DNA from: Moniliella sp. 'wahieum' | Lineage: Eukaryota | Reading direction: 5' to 3' | Length of the DNA stretch: 64,000 nucleotides | NCBI GenBank assembly: GCA_003971905.1 | Contig: RSEE01000030.1 | Span: forward strand, 620,001 to 684,000 | Shown: positions 49,461-62,472 of the stretch, one piece after another | Numbering within the stretch: position 1 is the stretch's first letter | Layout of the letters: every line of letters starts with the position of its first letter | The notes under the pieces: generated by a model | Seen by the model: the letters and a program-made list of their open reading frames with translations, nothing else | What the model was told of the DNA's origin: nothing | Databases searched by the model: none | Made by a program: the position numbers and the translations under genes

Positions 49461-50274
49461 TCAGGACCAACAGACATGAGATGGACCAAAGAATGAATCA
49501 AGCCAGGCCTCCCTCAACAGGCTTAATGCTGGCAGGCGTGTGGCTGGCTTCGTCCTCATCACTGTTGGAAGCAGGCTTGTCCCGCACAGTGTCATCCACA
49601 GAGGGCGACAGTGGATTGTACTTGGCTTTACTGGGGTGTTTTTTCCCACTAGACGAACAAAAAAGGTATCAAGAGCCCCGATACTCGCATGAAAAACGAA
49701 AATCACCGAAACCATTAAACCCAATGTTGCTTCGGAAGGCACTGCGATCAAAAAGAAGAGTGTGTCGGCGGCATCATTTTTGTACGGCTTGCGCACCGAG
49801 GACGCAATGCCAGTGACAACCATCAAGGCGATCCATCCAAGTGCACCAACGACAATGGCGGCATACTTCTTCTCCTCTGCCAACCCCACAGAGACGAACG
49901 CTATGCGCAACACGTTCAGAATCAGAAGCGAGAATTGTCTCCGCGTGGATGCTGGATGAAACAAAACTCGACCACCTTCCAGAATGTCCAATATAAGACC
50001 GGCATCAAAGACAAGAAAAGTAAAGCCTCTTCCGCCCCCGGAGGGGTTTTACCAGAGGAAGGTGAAGAACTCGCATCCGGTGCAACCTCCGTACCGGTCT
50101 TGGGGGGTTGGGGAGGTTGGGGAGGTCGGGGGGGTGATGGTCAAAGTAGACAACACGGGGACAACTAGCTGTCTCAGCAGTCGAGGTTGCAGTATTGGTA
50201 CCGTTCTTGGCCGGGGGGGCGCGGTACACATGCACGACAGTGTTGCTGTCGATCGGGTAAGGAGCCGTGGGCAT
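49461..50274 (-). CDS. Orphan multi-pass membrane protein (paralogue of 12223-13055); frameshifted
   Basis: MPTAPYPIDSNTVVHVYR...KKYAAIVVGALGWIALMVVTGI...KNDAADTLFFLIAVPSEATL...LSLLREAWLDSFF. Confidence 0.6.
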
Positions 50275-50394
50275 GGCAAGTCGAAGGAATCCAAGGCTGG
50301 TGGAAGGAAAGAAGAAAGAGGAAAGAGGGGGTGGGGGCGTCGCGTTCGTTGCCGGTTAAACATTTGCCGTGGTGGCGCGTCTACATGCGGGTAC

Positions 50395-50850
50395 CAATGA
50401 CCATGATGCATGACGTCAGTGCATCGTCGGTCACTGGTCGCCTGATGCATGATGATGCATGATGCATGATGCATGGTGGCAAGTCGTTGTGGCCGGTGAC
50501 GCGGTGACCGGTGACCGGTGACGGCCACTGAGTACTGAACGTACTGACCGATCAGAGGTCCGATTTCAAAACTGCTCCATACCACAGATCATTGCGAGTC
50601 TCGTGCACTTACGACCACCACCAATGGGAAATGGTGTCTCTGCAGGAATACTATGTAGAGTTCGACGATGATGGATGAGCGCTGTGAGCGCGATGAGCAC
50701 GATGAGCACGATGAACACGATGAACACGATGAGCACGAGACCTGTGAGCAACCGCGGGAGGCTCGTGAGTACTGAGTACTGAGTCTTTTGGCCGATGACC
50801 CTTCTTCAATTCCTCCTCAGGCAGGCCTCTCATATAGATCTCAGGCCTAT
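50395..50850. repeat. Palindromic heptamer tract plus 9-bp (GCACGATGA)n repeat
   Basis: (CATGATG)n 50444-50474, (GGTGACC)n 50503-50522, GAGTACTGAGTACTGAGT ~50767-50784, 9-mer repeat ~50690-50737. Confidence 0.85.
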
Positions 50851-51635
50851 TAGGAGTTCCGTTGTTTTCCCACTCCTGTCTTCATTAGCTTCATTGTTCT
50901 GCCGCTTTTGGCCCGCCCTGGTGGTGTTGCACCGTGGCTGTTGTAAGGGGCACTGCCCTCGTTAGAGGTTTGGTTTAGGCTCCGCCTCCTGTGCCCCGCG
51001 CGCGTCTCCTATCCGTGGCGCCTCCACCACCTCTCCACCTTGTTCCAATTATAAGCCGGACGTGTGTAGTAGCCGCTGGCGTATTCCTCTGTTCTTTCTC
51101 ACCACCTACGACCTGCCACCGCCACCTTTTCGCTCAACTCATCTTTACCTCGTTCTCGGTCATCTGCTTCTTAGGGTTAAGGCCGCGCCGTCTGATGCCT
51201 GCCGTAGTATACGTCGTTACATTGGCCCCTGGTGGCGACTGTAGACCACCACCGCCCCAGTGCGATTGTACAATCACCTCGAAGGCCATCAGGACTCCAG
51301 GTCTCATTTGGGTGGACCGTTTTTTTGCCTAGCAGGACTGGTTGTTGGCCAAAATCAAAGATGAGACACTGCCCCGCCAGGTAAGAGATCTGTCACCTGT
51401 ATAATATACCCCACAGATAATGTGCTGGTGATCCACTTTCGTCCAAGAGAGCGACGGGGGCAGAAGTCGTCCCAATACCGATGCCGAGGCAAAGACCCCA
51501 TCCTCTGTTCCATGGACCAAGTGGTGTATCGGACGCAGACTCAATGCCTTCTATCTATCACTACTAAGGATAGCGGGGTAAAAGCGGTGGGCAGCGTGAG
51601 AGAAGCAGCTTCCATTTACGCAACCTTCAAAAATG

Positions 51636-51735
51636 TGATTGAACCCGGGATCGAACCGGGGACCTTACGCGTCTCAACGAGACCTGTTGCTCCAGGATGT
51701 GAAGCGTACGTCATGACCAGCTAGACCATCCGACC
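51636..51735 (-). tRNA. tRNA-Val(CAC) with ~26-nt intron
   Basis: Reverse complement GGTCGGA TG GTCT AGCTGGTCAT GAC G TACGC TTCACA [intron] C GCGTA AGGTC CCCGG TTCGATC CCGGG TTCAATC A, with a downstream T-run; intron at the canonical 37/38 position. Confidence 0.9.
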
Positions 51736-51991
51736 TTGTATGGCTTCACCTACATGGCTATATCCTTGAGAACGTTTGAAAGCCCCATCGCAATCCACCA
51801 CATCCTCTCCGTTCTGCGCTCACTCAAGTGTTCAGCGTAATTCGTCCACCAACGCCACGTAACTTTAGTAACGTAGGGTGCTGCTTTAGGAAAAGGCCAC
51901 GCAGACAAAGGGGATGACAGACAAGGTGAATGGCAGTGCGAGCAGGTGGGGAGTGATTAACAACAATTGACTTGACTGGGGAACTTGGGGG

Positions 51992-53530
51992 TTAAAAAAC
52001 ATTTACTTGGGCGCCCTTATTCATGCCACGACCTAACTGACGGGCGAGGCAGGGTGTGGGTGACCAGCACACGTCGAAGTTCCGCTTGGTCGTACGGGTC
52101 GCGTGTGGGATGAACGGGAGAAGGGCGTGGCGATGCCGAGGGAGAGAAGGGAAAGAGGGAGTGGTGGTCGCCAGGGTGGGTGGGATGGGTCGTGGTGCCG
52201 TGACCAAACAACCGGCTACCTAATGACAGTCTCCGCTTCTTGTGCCCTCCTCCCACTCCTGCTGGCTGCGACATGCGACGCGAGGCAGAGCTCATGCCGT
52301 CCATAATGTACGGAAAGGGGAACCCACCCGGGTCCCGCTCACTGCTGCGGGAGGAGGAAAGTGCGAGGGACTACTGGGTGTTAGGCCCCGAACCGGGTAG
52401 CAAAGTAAAGCCATCGACTTGGTCCTGCTCCTCGGTTGGGTTACAAGCCACATGCACCTTGCGCCCAGACCGTTGAAACTCATCAGCCGCCCAATCTACA
52501 TCGTTCACAATAACGATTTGGCTGTAGGGCTTGGCATGCGCCAAGCGTACCATGGCATCCACTAACGTCTCCCCATCTTGCGCTTGGTCCACCTCGGTCG
52601 ATACATAAATGTTACGTTGGTTTGGTTCGTGCTTGCTGTGTCCAGCTCCCCGGCCAAAACGATGAGTCGGTCAAACAGTTGTTCGCGCACCTCTTCCCTC
52701 GCTTCGTCTTCCATCCGCAAATCGTCAGTGAGCTCCAGAAGCTGCTCGCTGCCGGATCGAGTCGAGGGTGGGACACTTGCTTCGCTACTAGGAAAGGACG
52801 TAGAAACGCGCCGGGAAGAAGGAAAAAAGGATGCAAAGATGCTCCCGGCACGAGACTGTCCCGCTCGATCTCGCACCCAGCCGATCGAGTCGGCTGAAAG
52901 ACCCAGTTCCCGCTCGGGACTGCTGCCGCCAACGTGCCAAGCAACTGGGGCGGCGTGGTCGGTGTGCCGGTTGAAGCGGGACGAGAGAAGGTGGTGTGCT
53001 GTCGCTGGCAAAAGGTGTCATGGAAGGAACGGATGTAGGAGGCAGGGAGGATGGACACGCATTCGACGCTCATACTGCCTCGAGCTGGGGAGGAGAGGGA
53101 AGAGAAATCGGAATTGGAATTGGAATTGGAATCAGAATGTGAATGTGAATCGGATGGAAGGCAGTGGACAGATGCGTTGGTCAGGTCGCAGCCACATCGT
53201 GCCCGACGGATGAGGGCATGAATGGGGCGTGAATGGTCCGAGTCCAGTGAGGACCCTGCCTCGTCTTGTGCAGAGAAGCGGGGGGAGACCGGAGGGAGGA
53301 GCGGAGACGGCGGAGAGGAACCCTGATGCGAGGGCGGGGAGCGGAGAGGCGAGCGGGAAAAGGGGCTTTGAGGCGTGGGGGGAGCGCTGGGGTAGGCCGG
53401 GTGGGCATGTGGGCGAAAGAGGGCTGGTAGAGGAGGAGCACGGGAAGCGGCGCCGAGGAAGCAGACTTGGACACAGGCATGCAGGCGGCGTGGGCTTGGG
53501 CTTGGGTCTGGGGAAGGCAATCCCGGTCAT
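51992..53530 (-). CDS. Hypothetical protein (Ser/Pro-rich N-terminus, helical C-terminal region)
   Basis: Consecutive coding-like frames joined by frameshifts (MTGIAFP...; LLELTDDLRMEDEAREEVREQLFDRLIVLAGELD...; KPYSQIVIVNDVDW). No family recognised. Confidence 0.5.
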
Positions 53531-54648
53531 GGTGTCGGTGGTGGCCGAGACGGGTGCTGTGGCATGGATGGATGGGTGGATGGGGGGAGGGCGGGACAAA
53601 GGCGAAAGGAGATGCCGGTGTGTGGATCGAGCGGCACGACTGCGGTTCCAACCTACTCGTACCAGGGAGGGGGTCTGCCTAGGACAGCGTTTATTAACCG
53701 CGCACAGGACTAGCCAGAGCCAGGACGGAGTCACACGGAGTATAATAAGTACTAAGTCCTGCTGCAACTGAGGGGTAATCTCTTTCATCCGGCGTCGTCT
53801 GGCTCGCACGGGGATTGGATATTCAGCCGCTGAATTGAATGCCTCGGCGCCAGCCAGCCCAACCCCACGGTGTGTGACTAGTGACTTGTGACTTGTGACA
53901 GCGCGGAGGCTGCCCCCATGCGGCGGGTGCTCTGGGGGAGTGCGTCAGGTTGCATGACCGTGGCCCCAACATGTGCACCGCAGGAGCACAATAGCACGGC
54001 GCGGAGAAGACGGACGAACGCCAAGAGCCATCATGCATCAGCTGCTGTTACGCGTTCGCCCAGGCCGGCTACACCGGCTCCGCGTTTGCCGCTTTTCCCA
54101 ACGCTTTCCCGTTGCGTAAATAAACGTAAACGCGCTGGTAGTAGCACGCAGCTGATACCCCGCCTTCTCCACGAGCCGCCCCCGCTTCATCAGCGTAGCT
54201 TTACCGCCCCCCCGCACGGACAACAACATTGGGCTGCTGCCGACGTCAACGTGTCAACCCTCAACGCCCAGTACTTCGGTCGGCGGAGACCACACGTTTA
54301 TATGCATTTTTCTCTTTTACGCCCATGCCTCGCGGGGCACCCTAACTAGACAGGGGAGCACCAGGGGGCGGCGAGGGGAGGGGAATCGATGAGGTATGTA
54401 TGGGTGCCGACCAAGTTAGACCAAGGTAAAGGAGAGAGAAGGGGTTCGGAACTGAAGGAAGTGTTTTGGGTGTGTATAGGAAGGGACAGTGAAGCTGGGC
54501 GTCCGCCCAGCGGACCAGCCCAGCCAAAAAAAAAGCAAGAAGAAGAGCAACAAACGTCCACGATCAATGTAGACACTGAACAGTAAGAGCTAGTAAGCAA
54601 AGGACAAAATTCAAGGCACGCAGCCAGTATAGATATAGACAATCTCAT

Positions 54649-57600
54649 CTACCCTTCGCTCCGTAGGCCACGGAACCGATTCGCGTGCGCCTGAAACGGT
54701 TGCGTCGGCGTCATTGAGGTCATTCCCCATTCGGCCGCTGCTTCGGCCGCTGCGTTGGCCGCTGCGTCCGACGCCGCCGAGCCAGGACGTGGGGGCATGG
54801 CAACGGTGCGGCGCACCGTAGAGGGAGCGCCGAACGAGCGGGCAAACGCGGAAGGAGGCGGCGAATGAGGGGAGCGAGAGGCTCGACCGAAAGTTTGTGC
54901 CGTAGGCGAAAAGCTGAGGGCCGAGGGGGGGTTGGGGAGCTGCGCTGCCAAAGGCGTAGCCGGCGTGGGTGTGACGGACGAAGCGCCGTGCAGCGGCGAC
55001 GAAGGACTGGCCGCGCGCGACGCGGAACGATGGAATGCACGTTCCTTTGCCCGTCGGACAAACGAAGACTGAAAGTAGACCGGTGTCGGTCTTGACTCAA
55101 GGTGCTCACCGACCTATGATGGTGGCTCGGGCGACTTCCCCTCGCTTTGGATGTAAAACTAGGCAGCAACCACGAGGATGGTCGTGCGCATGAGCCAGTG
55201 AACCCACATCGTGTTCCCCATCGCAACAGACACGCACATTGTCCAACCCAGATCGACTGCTGTTGCCATCATCTTCCTCGATCATCGATTCTGCCGTCCG
55301 GGCGGGACCACCATCCTCAACTGCCGGCCCACCCCGCCCCCCGTCCCAGGGCGACACTGGGCCTGCCTCAACAAGCTCCGATGAATCCCGACCGCGTGGG
55401 CGGGGACTCAGCAGACTGAACCGTCGGCGCGGCGTGTCCAGTTCCTGACTCGCCCTGGGGTGCGACATCGACATGGCAGATGTGGACCGAGAAGGCTGGG
55501 AGCCCTGTGAGCTCGCCGCACTCGTTCGCCACGGTAACTTCCACCGCTTGATCGACGGACTGCGCTCGGCCCAGCGCGACCTGCGTTCGGACGAAGAGCG
55601 TCCCATTGCACCCATGGACAACAGCTGTGGTGTTTCTCCCAATCGAGAAGGCAAAGTTGAGTAGTCTGCATTCGCCCGTCCTGCGATACACGACGCGGTG
55701 GGATGGACCAAGCAGGCGCATCGTTCGTTACCCCCTCGGCCGTCGAGGAAGGCGGCGGCGAGGTAGGCAGCACGTTGGGCACTGGCAGCTCGAGCGGGGT
55801 AAGTCTTGGATTTGCCTGTGCCGCATTCGTTCCCGGTCAGCCAAGAAGCGTAGCGCGGTTAGCCAGGTGCGGTGCGCCTCGCCGACGGCGCGGTCAGGTG
55901 CAGTGCCTGTCCCTGAGGGGACGTAATGACAAGTGACTGGGCATGCAGACTGACGCTGTGGTCACCCAGCTGACGCGGTGCTCCGTACAGCGCGCCGTCG
56001 GGGTCGTACGCCTGTTCCTCCCGTACCGCGGCGACCTGCATCGACTTGGACTGGCTCGGGTCGCCGGCCGCTTGGACTGGGGTGGTAGGCGGGTGCCCGT
56101 GAGACCAATAAATGCGCATCGTGTAGGGCTGGAGCCAAACGAAGCGCAAATGCCGCCGTTCCAAGAGTTTGTTACGTTGTCGCGCGACGCGATGTCCAGT
56201 CCGGGCCTCCTCCCCGTCGTCCGACTCGGGCCCGCGCGAAAGCGATCGCGCAACAATACTAATCCGACGGGGAAGGCGGGTATACTTGACCATAAACATT
56301 CCAATCATCGCCTGGGAGATAGCTTCCATCGTCGCCTGTTGCGGGCGGAGGATGCGGCAACGGACGTTGGCGGGATGGAAAAGGACGGTAAAGGGCGAGC
56401 GGGAAGTATGCTGCGACAAGGCAGGATCCTGCGCTGGGGCGGGGGAGTTGACTGGGGAAAGGTCGTCGCGCCCCGTGTCTCGTGGGGTGAAGTAAATGGA
56501 TGAACGAGAATGCTGGTGGGCGTGAAGGTTTGGACGAGGCATGTAGTAGCAACCAAGTCAGCACGGCTATCGTCCGGCCCTGCTGGGGCCAAGGCAGGCG
56601 CCGGACGAGACGGGGAATTATCGTGGCTCATCGTCGCAGTTGGATAGGCTGCCCTGTCGGGAGACCCAGGGCTCAAGGGTATGGGGGTATGGTTTCCCAA
56701 GGGAGTGGACAGTGACGGATGCCTGTTTACCGTAGATGGGAATGAGTCCAAACCCGTGTCGGGAATGGTTTCAGCCACGGTGGACTCTGGCTTGGCTGAC
56801 CATCAATAGGGGTAGACGTCCGCGCCGGGCGTGTTTCCGCCTGGATGATGAAGTGTGGGTATCATCGCGAGGACCGTGGGCTTGGTGATTGTGGTGGTGT
56901 CGGTGACGGCGGAGGACGAAGAGTGAGGCGAGACGTGGTGGTGCCGTACCGTCGCATTTGACTGGGGGGAAGACTTCTTCGTGCTGTGCCCAGAACGATG
57001 GTCGGAGCGGTGGTCAGAAGGGTGGACAGAACGGTGGTCAGAACGGTGGACAGAACGGTGGTCAGAACGGTGGACAGAATGGGAAGAGGATCGGCGGGAA
57101 CGGGACTGGACCGAGGTCGAAGGTGGGAATCATGGTCGAATGAACGCGCGTCCATAGGCTCCACATCCGCCTCTGCACCGTCACCATCGGAGCTGTGTCT
57201 GGTACCAGGGGCATGCGGTGAGGCAGCGACGTGCAACCGACGAAGGGCGAGCGGCTTACTCTGGGGCGCAGAGCGGGATGTTCGGCCGAGCGGCAAAGAT
57301 GCTGGGGTCGGGGTCGGGGGAGCAGAACCACCAGCCGTGGTGTGATTCTGAGGGTACCAGTTCAGGTGGGGAATACGTTGGGCGCAAGTGAGCCGCAAGA
57401 GGGTGAGCCGCAAGCGGTGAGCCGCAAGCGGCGTCACAGAGGGAAGTACCGTCCAAGGCTCGTTTGGACTGCCTCATCCACACGGGCTACTTCGTCCGTC
57501 GCAACATTAGCCTCGACCGGTCGGCGGAGCGAATGCTGTCCTCAGTCGCTGTGCGCTGGGAAGGGCCCAATTTGGTTTCCGCGTGCAGTGGCTGCGGTCG

Positions 57601-59754
57601 TACGGAGCCAGTGCCGCCCTCTGGCTGAACAGGTGGGCCAATGTCCAGAGACGAAAACTGGGAGCTCTCATTGGCGTCAAGGAACCGCTCCTCTGCCTGT
57701 TCCCCCGACTCTGGACCAACCTTCAATGGGCTTAACCCCAACGCATTCTGTTTTTCGACACCAGGGGCCGGAACGCCAGTGCGGGCCCTCCGATCCTTCT
57801 CGAGGAGCATGCGGAGCGCCGTGCCGTGTTCCTTGACGATTGCCTCGAGCTGTTCCGATAGAGTCTCGGCTGCGGCTGAGAAAAGTGCAGGGTCGGCACT
57901 CGACACACCAAATTGAGACCCCTTTTCTTCTGCTGGTAGAGCCAATTTGAGAGTGGGATTGACGCCTGTTTGGGCTTCCGTGCGCGGCACAGCATCCTTC
58001 TCACCTAAGGTGGCAGCCGTAGCACCAGTCGAAGTTGATGCAGAAATTGCTTTAACCTCTTCTCCCACGGAGGAGTGCGCTGCCATCGACTTGTTTCGGG
58101 CAAGATTCGATCTCGCCCGCATTCTTGGAATGGCGGGCGGACGACGAACCCGAGGGAAGGCACGAATATTGTTGTGGTGCTGGCGTGACATGGATCGCCG
58201 GAGGGACGACGTATCGGTCGCCCAATCCGGCAGGGAAAGATGCAGGCGAGGGGACGGGGCTGGGCAGTACGGCTAGAGCGAACAGCCGGGTCGCGCAAGG
58301 AAGAAGAGCGGGGCTGCAGAGCAACGAGACGTTGGGCTTCGTCCCTCTGCTCGGCCATCGTCTATGTCTCTCTGCGCCCGACGCGCTCGCTCTTCCGCCT
58401 CGCTTGCCTGCTCTTGGTGGCGGCGCAAGGAGGCTCGTAAGGTCAGGCACTCATCCTCGTACGCCGCACGTGTCTGGGACGCTGCTTGCATAGCAGCGGT
58501 AAGTTCAGAAGATAAACGGGCCACTTTGGCCTCGCTGCGAGCCAACGCCGCCCGCATGTCCGAAAGATCGTCTTGGGTCGCTTGATGGGCCATGTGCAGA
58601 TCGTATAGCTCGTTGGACACCGAATCTAGGTAGACTGCTTGTCAGTGCTCATTTCCCCTCCTTCCATGCGATAGAAGAGCAAGCGAACAACAACGTACCT
58701 TTGGCATCCTGCACCAACTTGAGTCGATGTTGGTGCTGGCTCAGAGTACGTTCCAAGCTATGAACCGCCTTTTCCCGCTCTGTGCGCGCTTCAGCAAGGT
58801 CAGCTTCAAGCTGGGCAGCGACTGGTCTGTCTGCTGCTTCAGGTTGGCCGACGCCTTGACCAAAGACGCATTGTACGCCTGGAGCCGACGCAGTTCGGCC
58901 AGAAGCTGGTCTTGCAGTTGGCGGGCAAAAAACACTGTCCAGCTCAAGCTGGGCCGTTGGTTTTCCGCGCGAATCCGCCGGGCGAAGGGGAGATTGGGAA
59001 GGACGACTTGGACTTGGCTGCGGGCTGGGCTCGGCCATGGCAAGACCGGATGGTATGGGTTGCGAAAGGGTGGGGGGGACGTTGCGGCTTCGCCGGGCGG
59101 TTTGGGTCTCGTTCCGACTGGCTCCTTGGGCAAGATCGGAACCAACATGGATGGTGACCTTGGGGCGCCCTTCGACCTGTTCGAAAGTGCGTCGGGCAAG
59201 CCAGTCGACGTCGTCGGTGGGGGCTTGGGTACTGGCTTGAGTCGCAGCTGTGAGCTGGTGGAGGAGAGCTTGGCGCTGGTGGGAGAAGGGTGTGCTCTGT
59301 AGCGATGCGTGCCTCCAGCTGGGCGATCTGGGTCATGAGTGCCGTGGCATCCATGTCTACTGTGGGCGGGGCAACCACGGACGGCGGAAGAGACGAAGAG
59401 GTAGAGGCAGAGACAGAAGCATATTGATCGTACTGGCGAGCGCGCCGGACGTCCTGCTCGGCGACCAGACGGGACAGACGGAAGGCCTGCAGCTGGCTGG
59501 CGAGCGCATCGAGCAGCGTCTCGGCGGCAGCCTGTTGGTGCTCGAGCAGGGCGGCAAGGAGGCGGCAGGGGGGCCTGCTGGGCGACGTGGGCACGGTGGT
59601 GCTCGAGGCGGCGGCGACACTGGGCTGCGGCAGCGAGGACCGCGGCCGAGGGGAGGTCGGGGGAGGCGGCGTTGCTGGGGGCGCTGGAGGAGGAGGAGGA
59701 GGAGCGGGAGCGCACACTGGCGGCAGCGCTGTCCGCCTCGCTGGCCCACGGCAT
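54649..59754 (-). CDS. Num1/Mcp5-like cortical protein (N-terminal coiled coil, C-terminal PH domain); intron ~58626-58698; frameshifts
   Basis: Coiled coil (QLLAELRRLQAYNASL, SNELYDLHMAHQATQDDL); Mcp5-type PH AISQAMIGMFMVKYTR...RHLRFVWLQPYTMRIYWS...KSMQVAAVREE...SLVITSP. Confidence 0.75.
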
Positions 59755-60659
59755 GGACCGATGGAGGGGGGGCGGGGGTGTCAGAGAGAGGAGGTGGGGT
59801 GGGGTGGGGCGTGCGGGTGGGGCGGGCAGGGGCGGCTGAAAGATTGCAGGCGGCATGCCAGGGGTGGCTGGTGCTTGCTGTAACGCAGCCTGCCTTACTG
59901 TCCCACTGCAAGGGGCACCCAGCCGCTCCAGCCACAAACAAACAAGCCCCTGGCAGCACTCGGTCTGCTGAGTCTCATCTTCACATTGTCTTCATCTTCG
60001 TCTTTGTCTTCATCACCATCTTCATCATCATCTCTTCCTTGCATCCTCCTCTCCATCCTCCTCTCCATCTCCATCTCATCTTCATCTTCTGTTTACCCAT
60101 CTGATGAACTTGGGGGCTGTACCTTTTCATCGTGTCTCTGCCGACGGCTGTCGCTGGATATAGGAAACGTGTGCTCGGGTTGGAACAGCGCCAATAAGGC
60201 AGTCGCACGGAGGGGGATGCTCCGCCCATGCTGCCGTTCGCGTGCTTGAATGCTGTGTCCTGGCTCTGGCCTGGACGCCCTGGCCTGGATGCCCAATAGC
60301 CGGCGAGATGGTGGGAGGAGGCTTGTTGCTGCGATTGCACTATACCTAGGTGGGTGGGCGATTACCTCAGCACAGTGCGCATCGCAGCGCCCTGGCCTCT
60401 TGGCGGCGCTGTCACATGTGGCATGCCACATGTCAATGTCACCGTCCCCGGTCACCCGTCACGCTCCCTGTGCTGTGTGGCGCCGCGGCAGCGTACTCAG
60501 TTGAGTACTCACGCAGGCCAGCCACCGCCGCCGCCACCGCCGTCTCGAGCGCCCTGCCCACGCCCTGCCCACGCCCCTGCCCAGCACGCCTCGCGCCACA
60601 CGCACTCTCCGCGCCCACCCTTGCGGCCCCACGCCCAGCCCGCGCCTGCCTCCTCCTTC

Positions 60660-61948
60660 ATGGCCGCCTCGTCTGCGCCCCCACCCGACGTCGCTCTCTT
60701 CCGCCGCACCGTCTGGGAGGCACGCATCCCCGTCGCCATCTTCCTTGACGACACCCACCTCCCGCCCGGCAGCGACCCTGCACTGGACACCTACTACACC
60801 ACCGTCCCCCGCATCTCCTACCTCCCGCTCCTCCCCCGCCGTCCGCCGCTTCCTTCTGGCCCAGGTCGTGCCCTCCGCCCTCCTCGACTCCATCCACGAC
60901 CGCAGCTCTCTTTCGAAGCCAACGGCGAGCGCTCAAGTGGCACTGGCCCGTCGGCGTCCTCTATGATGTCCACCACCTCGCCCGCACGCCGCGTCCGCCT
61001 CTGCCTCTGCCTCTGCCTCCGCTCCCGCCCCCACTTTGCCCTGGCGCCTGACCCTTAAGATTGCCGAGGCCAAGCCCCATGATAAGCTGCAGGATACCAT
61101 GCATCCGCCACCCACCGCCGAACTGTGCAAAACCCACTTCATGTCCATGCTCAAGGAAGCCGACTTTGTTCACTACGGATCCACCAAGCGCGTCGTCAAC
61201 CTGCGCCGGCAGGAACAGGATGCGCTTTGGGAGGCAATTGTTGAGTGTATGTCCACTTTCGACGTCGAGCATATGTTGGCTGACCTCACCCCCCCTCCCC
61301 TCCCCCCCTGCGCGCGCATTGCTCTTTGCTTGCTCTTGCTTCGGGACTAACCCGTCTACGTGTGGCAGACAACTTTGACAAGTACTGGGCCGTTGCCTCT
61401 AAAGTGTATCCGCCCCCAACCTTTTCCTCTGGCGTGGGCGGAGTGGCACGGCGTGCTCCACTTGGTGGTCCTACGGGAGCTGGGGACGACAAGTCCATTC
61501 TCTCCTCAGTCCTTACCACTCATACGAACGAGAGCCAAGCCTCGATTCCAGGCTCTCTCTATAGTGTGGCTGGGAGTGAGGGGCACCGAGTATGGCGCCC
61601 TCCACCTCAGGCGTGGCGGGCGCCGGTGCGGGTGCTGGTGCCGGAGCTGGGGGCGGCGCTGTGGCTGGAGTGCGGGCCTGCCGATGCGCTTTCACTTGCC
61701 TGACAATGCGGGCATGGCACAGGAAGCCCTCGCCTGTCGCCGAGGATGGAAAGAGTGCCGCCACACTGCATTCGGTCCTCACCTCCCTCTTCCCCCTTCT
61801 TTTTCCTTCGGCCAAGGGGCCCCATCCGCCAGCTAGTGCCTTTATCCATGGCGTGCAGATACCCATCGAAGCGCAGCTGTATTGGCTTGGCCTCGCCTTT
61901 ACGGGGCCCGACGGCTGGCTCTCGGTTGTGATTCGCATAGATGCCTGA
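60660..61948 (+). CDS. ATG5: Autophagy protein 5; intron ~61247-61367; frameshifts
   Basis: FRRTVWEARIPV, YYTTVPRISYLPLL, WHWPVGVLYD, PWRLTL, FMSMLKEADFVHYGSTKRVVNLRRQEQDALWEAI, IHGVQIPIEAQLYWL...GPDGWLSVVI. Confidence 0.93.
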
Positions 61949-62472
61949 TTTTTATTCTGCTGTGCACCATGCTCCTCCGAGACCTGATCTGTGCGGTGCA
62001 TTGTAGCCAACGGGGAATCGCGATCGGCGAACGTGGAACGGGGGGATAGAACCGGAATATAGGAGCGGGCACACTATGCGCGCGAGCTCCTAATGAACGC
62101 GAGCGTGTCGCGCGTCCGAGGGAAGCAGGCACACAGCGTGCACGGACCGCGTAGTGGTGAATGTCGCGGTGAACGGTGAGCTGGCAGCCCTGTGGCCTGA
62201 AACGCCCAGACGTGCAACCTGCCGCAGGGCATGCACCGCCCTTGACGCGAACTTACGCCGTCGGGGACGTGCGCTCCTGTAGAGAGTGTGTCTGTGCATT
62301 GGCCACCCCGACGTTCCAGGGCTCTCTCTCCTTCCCGTCCATCGTCATCGTCCAAGGCATTTTGTCCTTGCCATTGCCACCGTCCCATCCCCAGGAAACC
62401 CTCTGCGGTATATAAGTGCACCCTCGGCCCAACCCATCATTCGCCCTCACTCCACCTCATCGGTCGTCCACC

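Noticed and set aside
57000..57430. 12-bp and 14-bp tandem repeats
   Set aside because: Ordinary coding minisatellites within the low-complexity middle of the Num1-like gene.
13529..61948. Functional clustering of dynein-pathway (LC8, Num1-like) or autophagy (VAC8, ATG5) genes
   Set aside because: The genes are 15-40 kb apart with unrelated genes between them; chance is sufficient.
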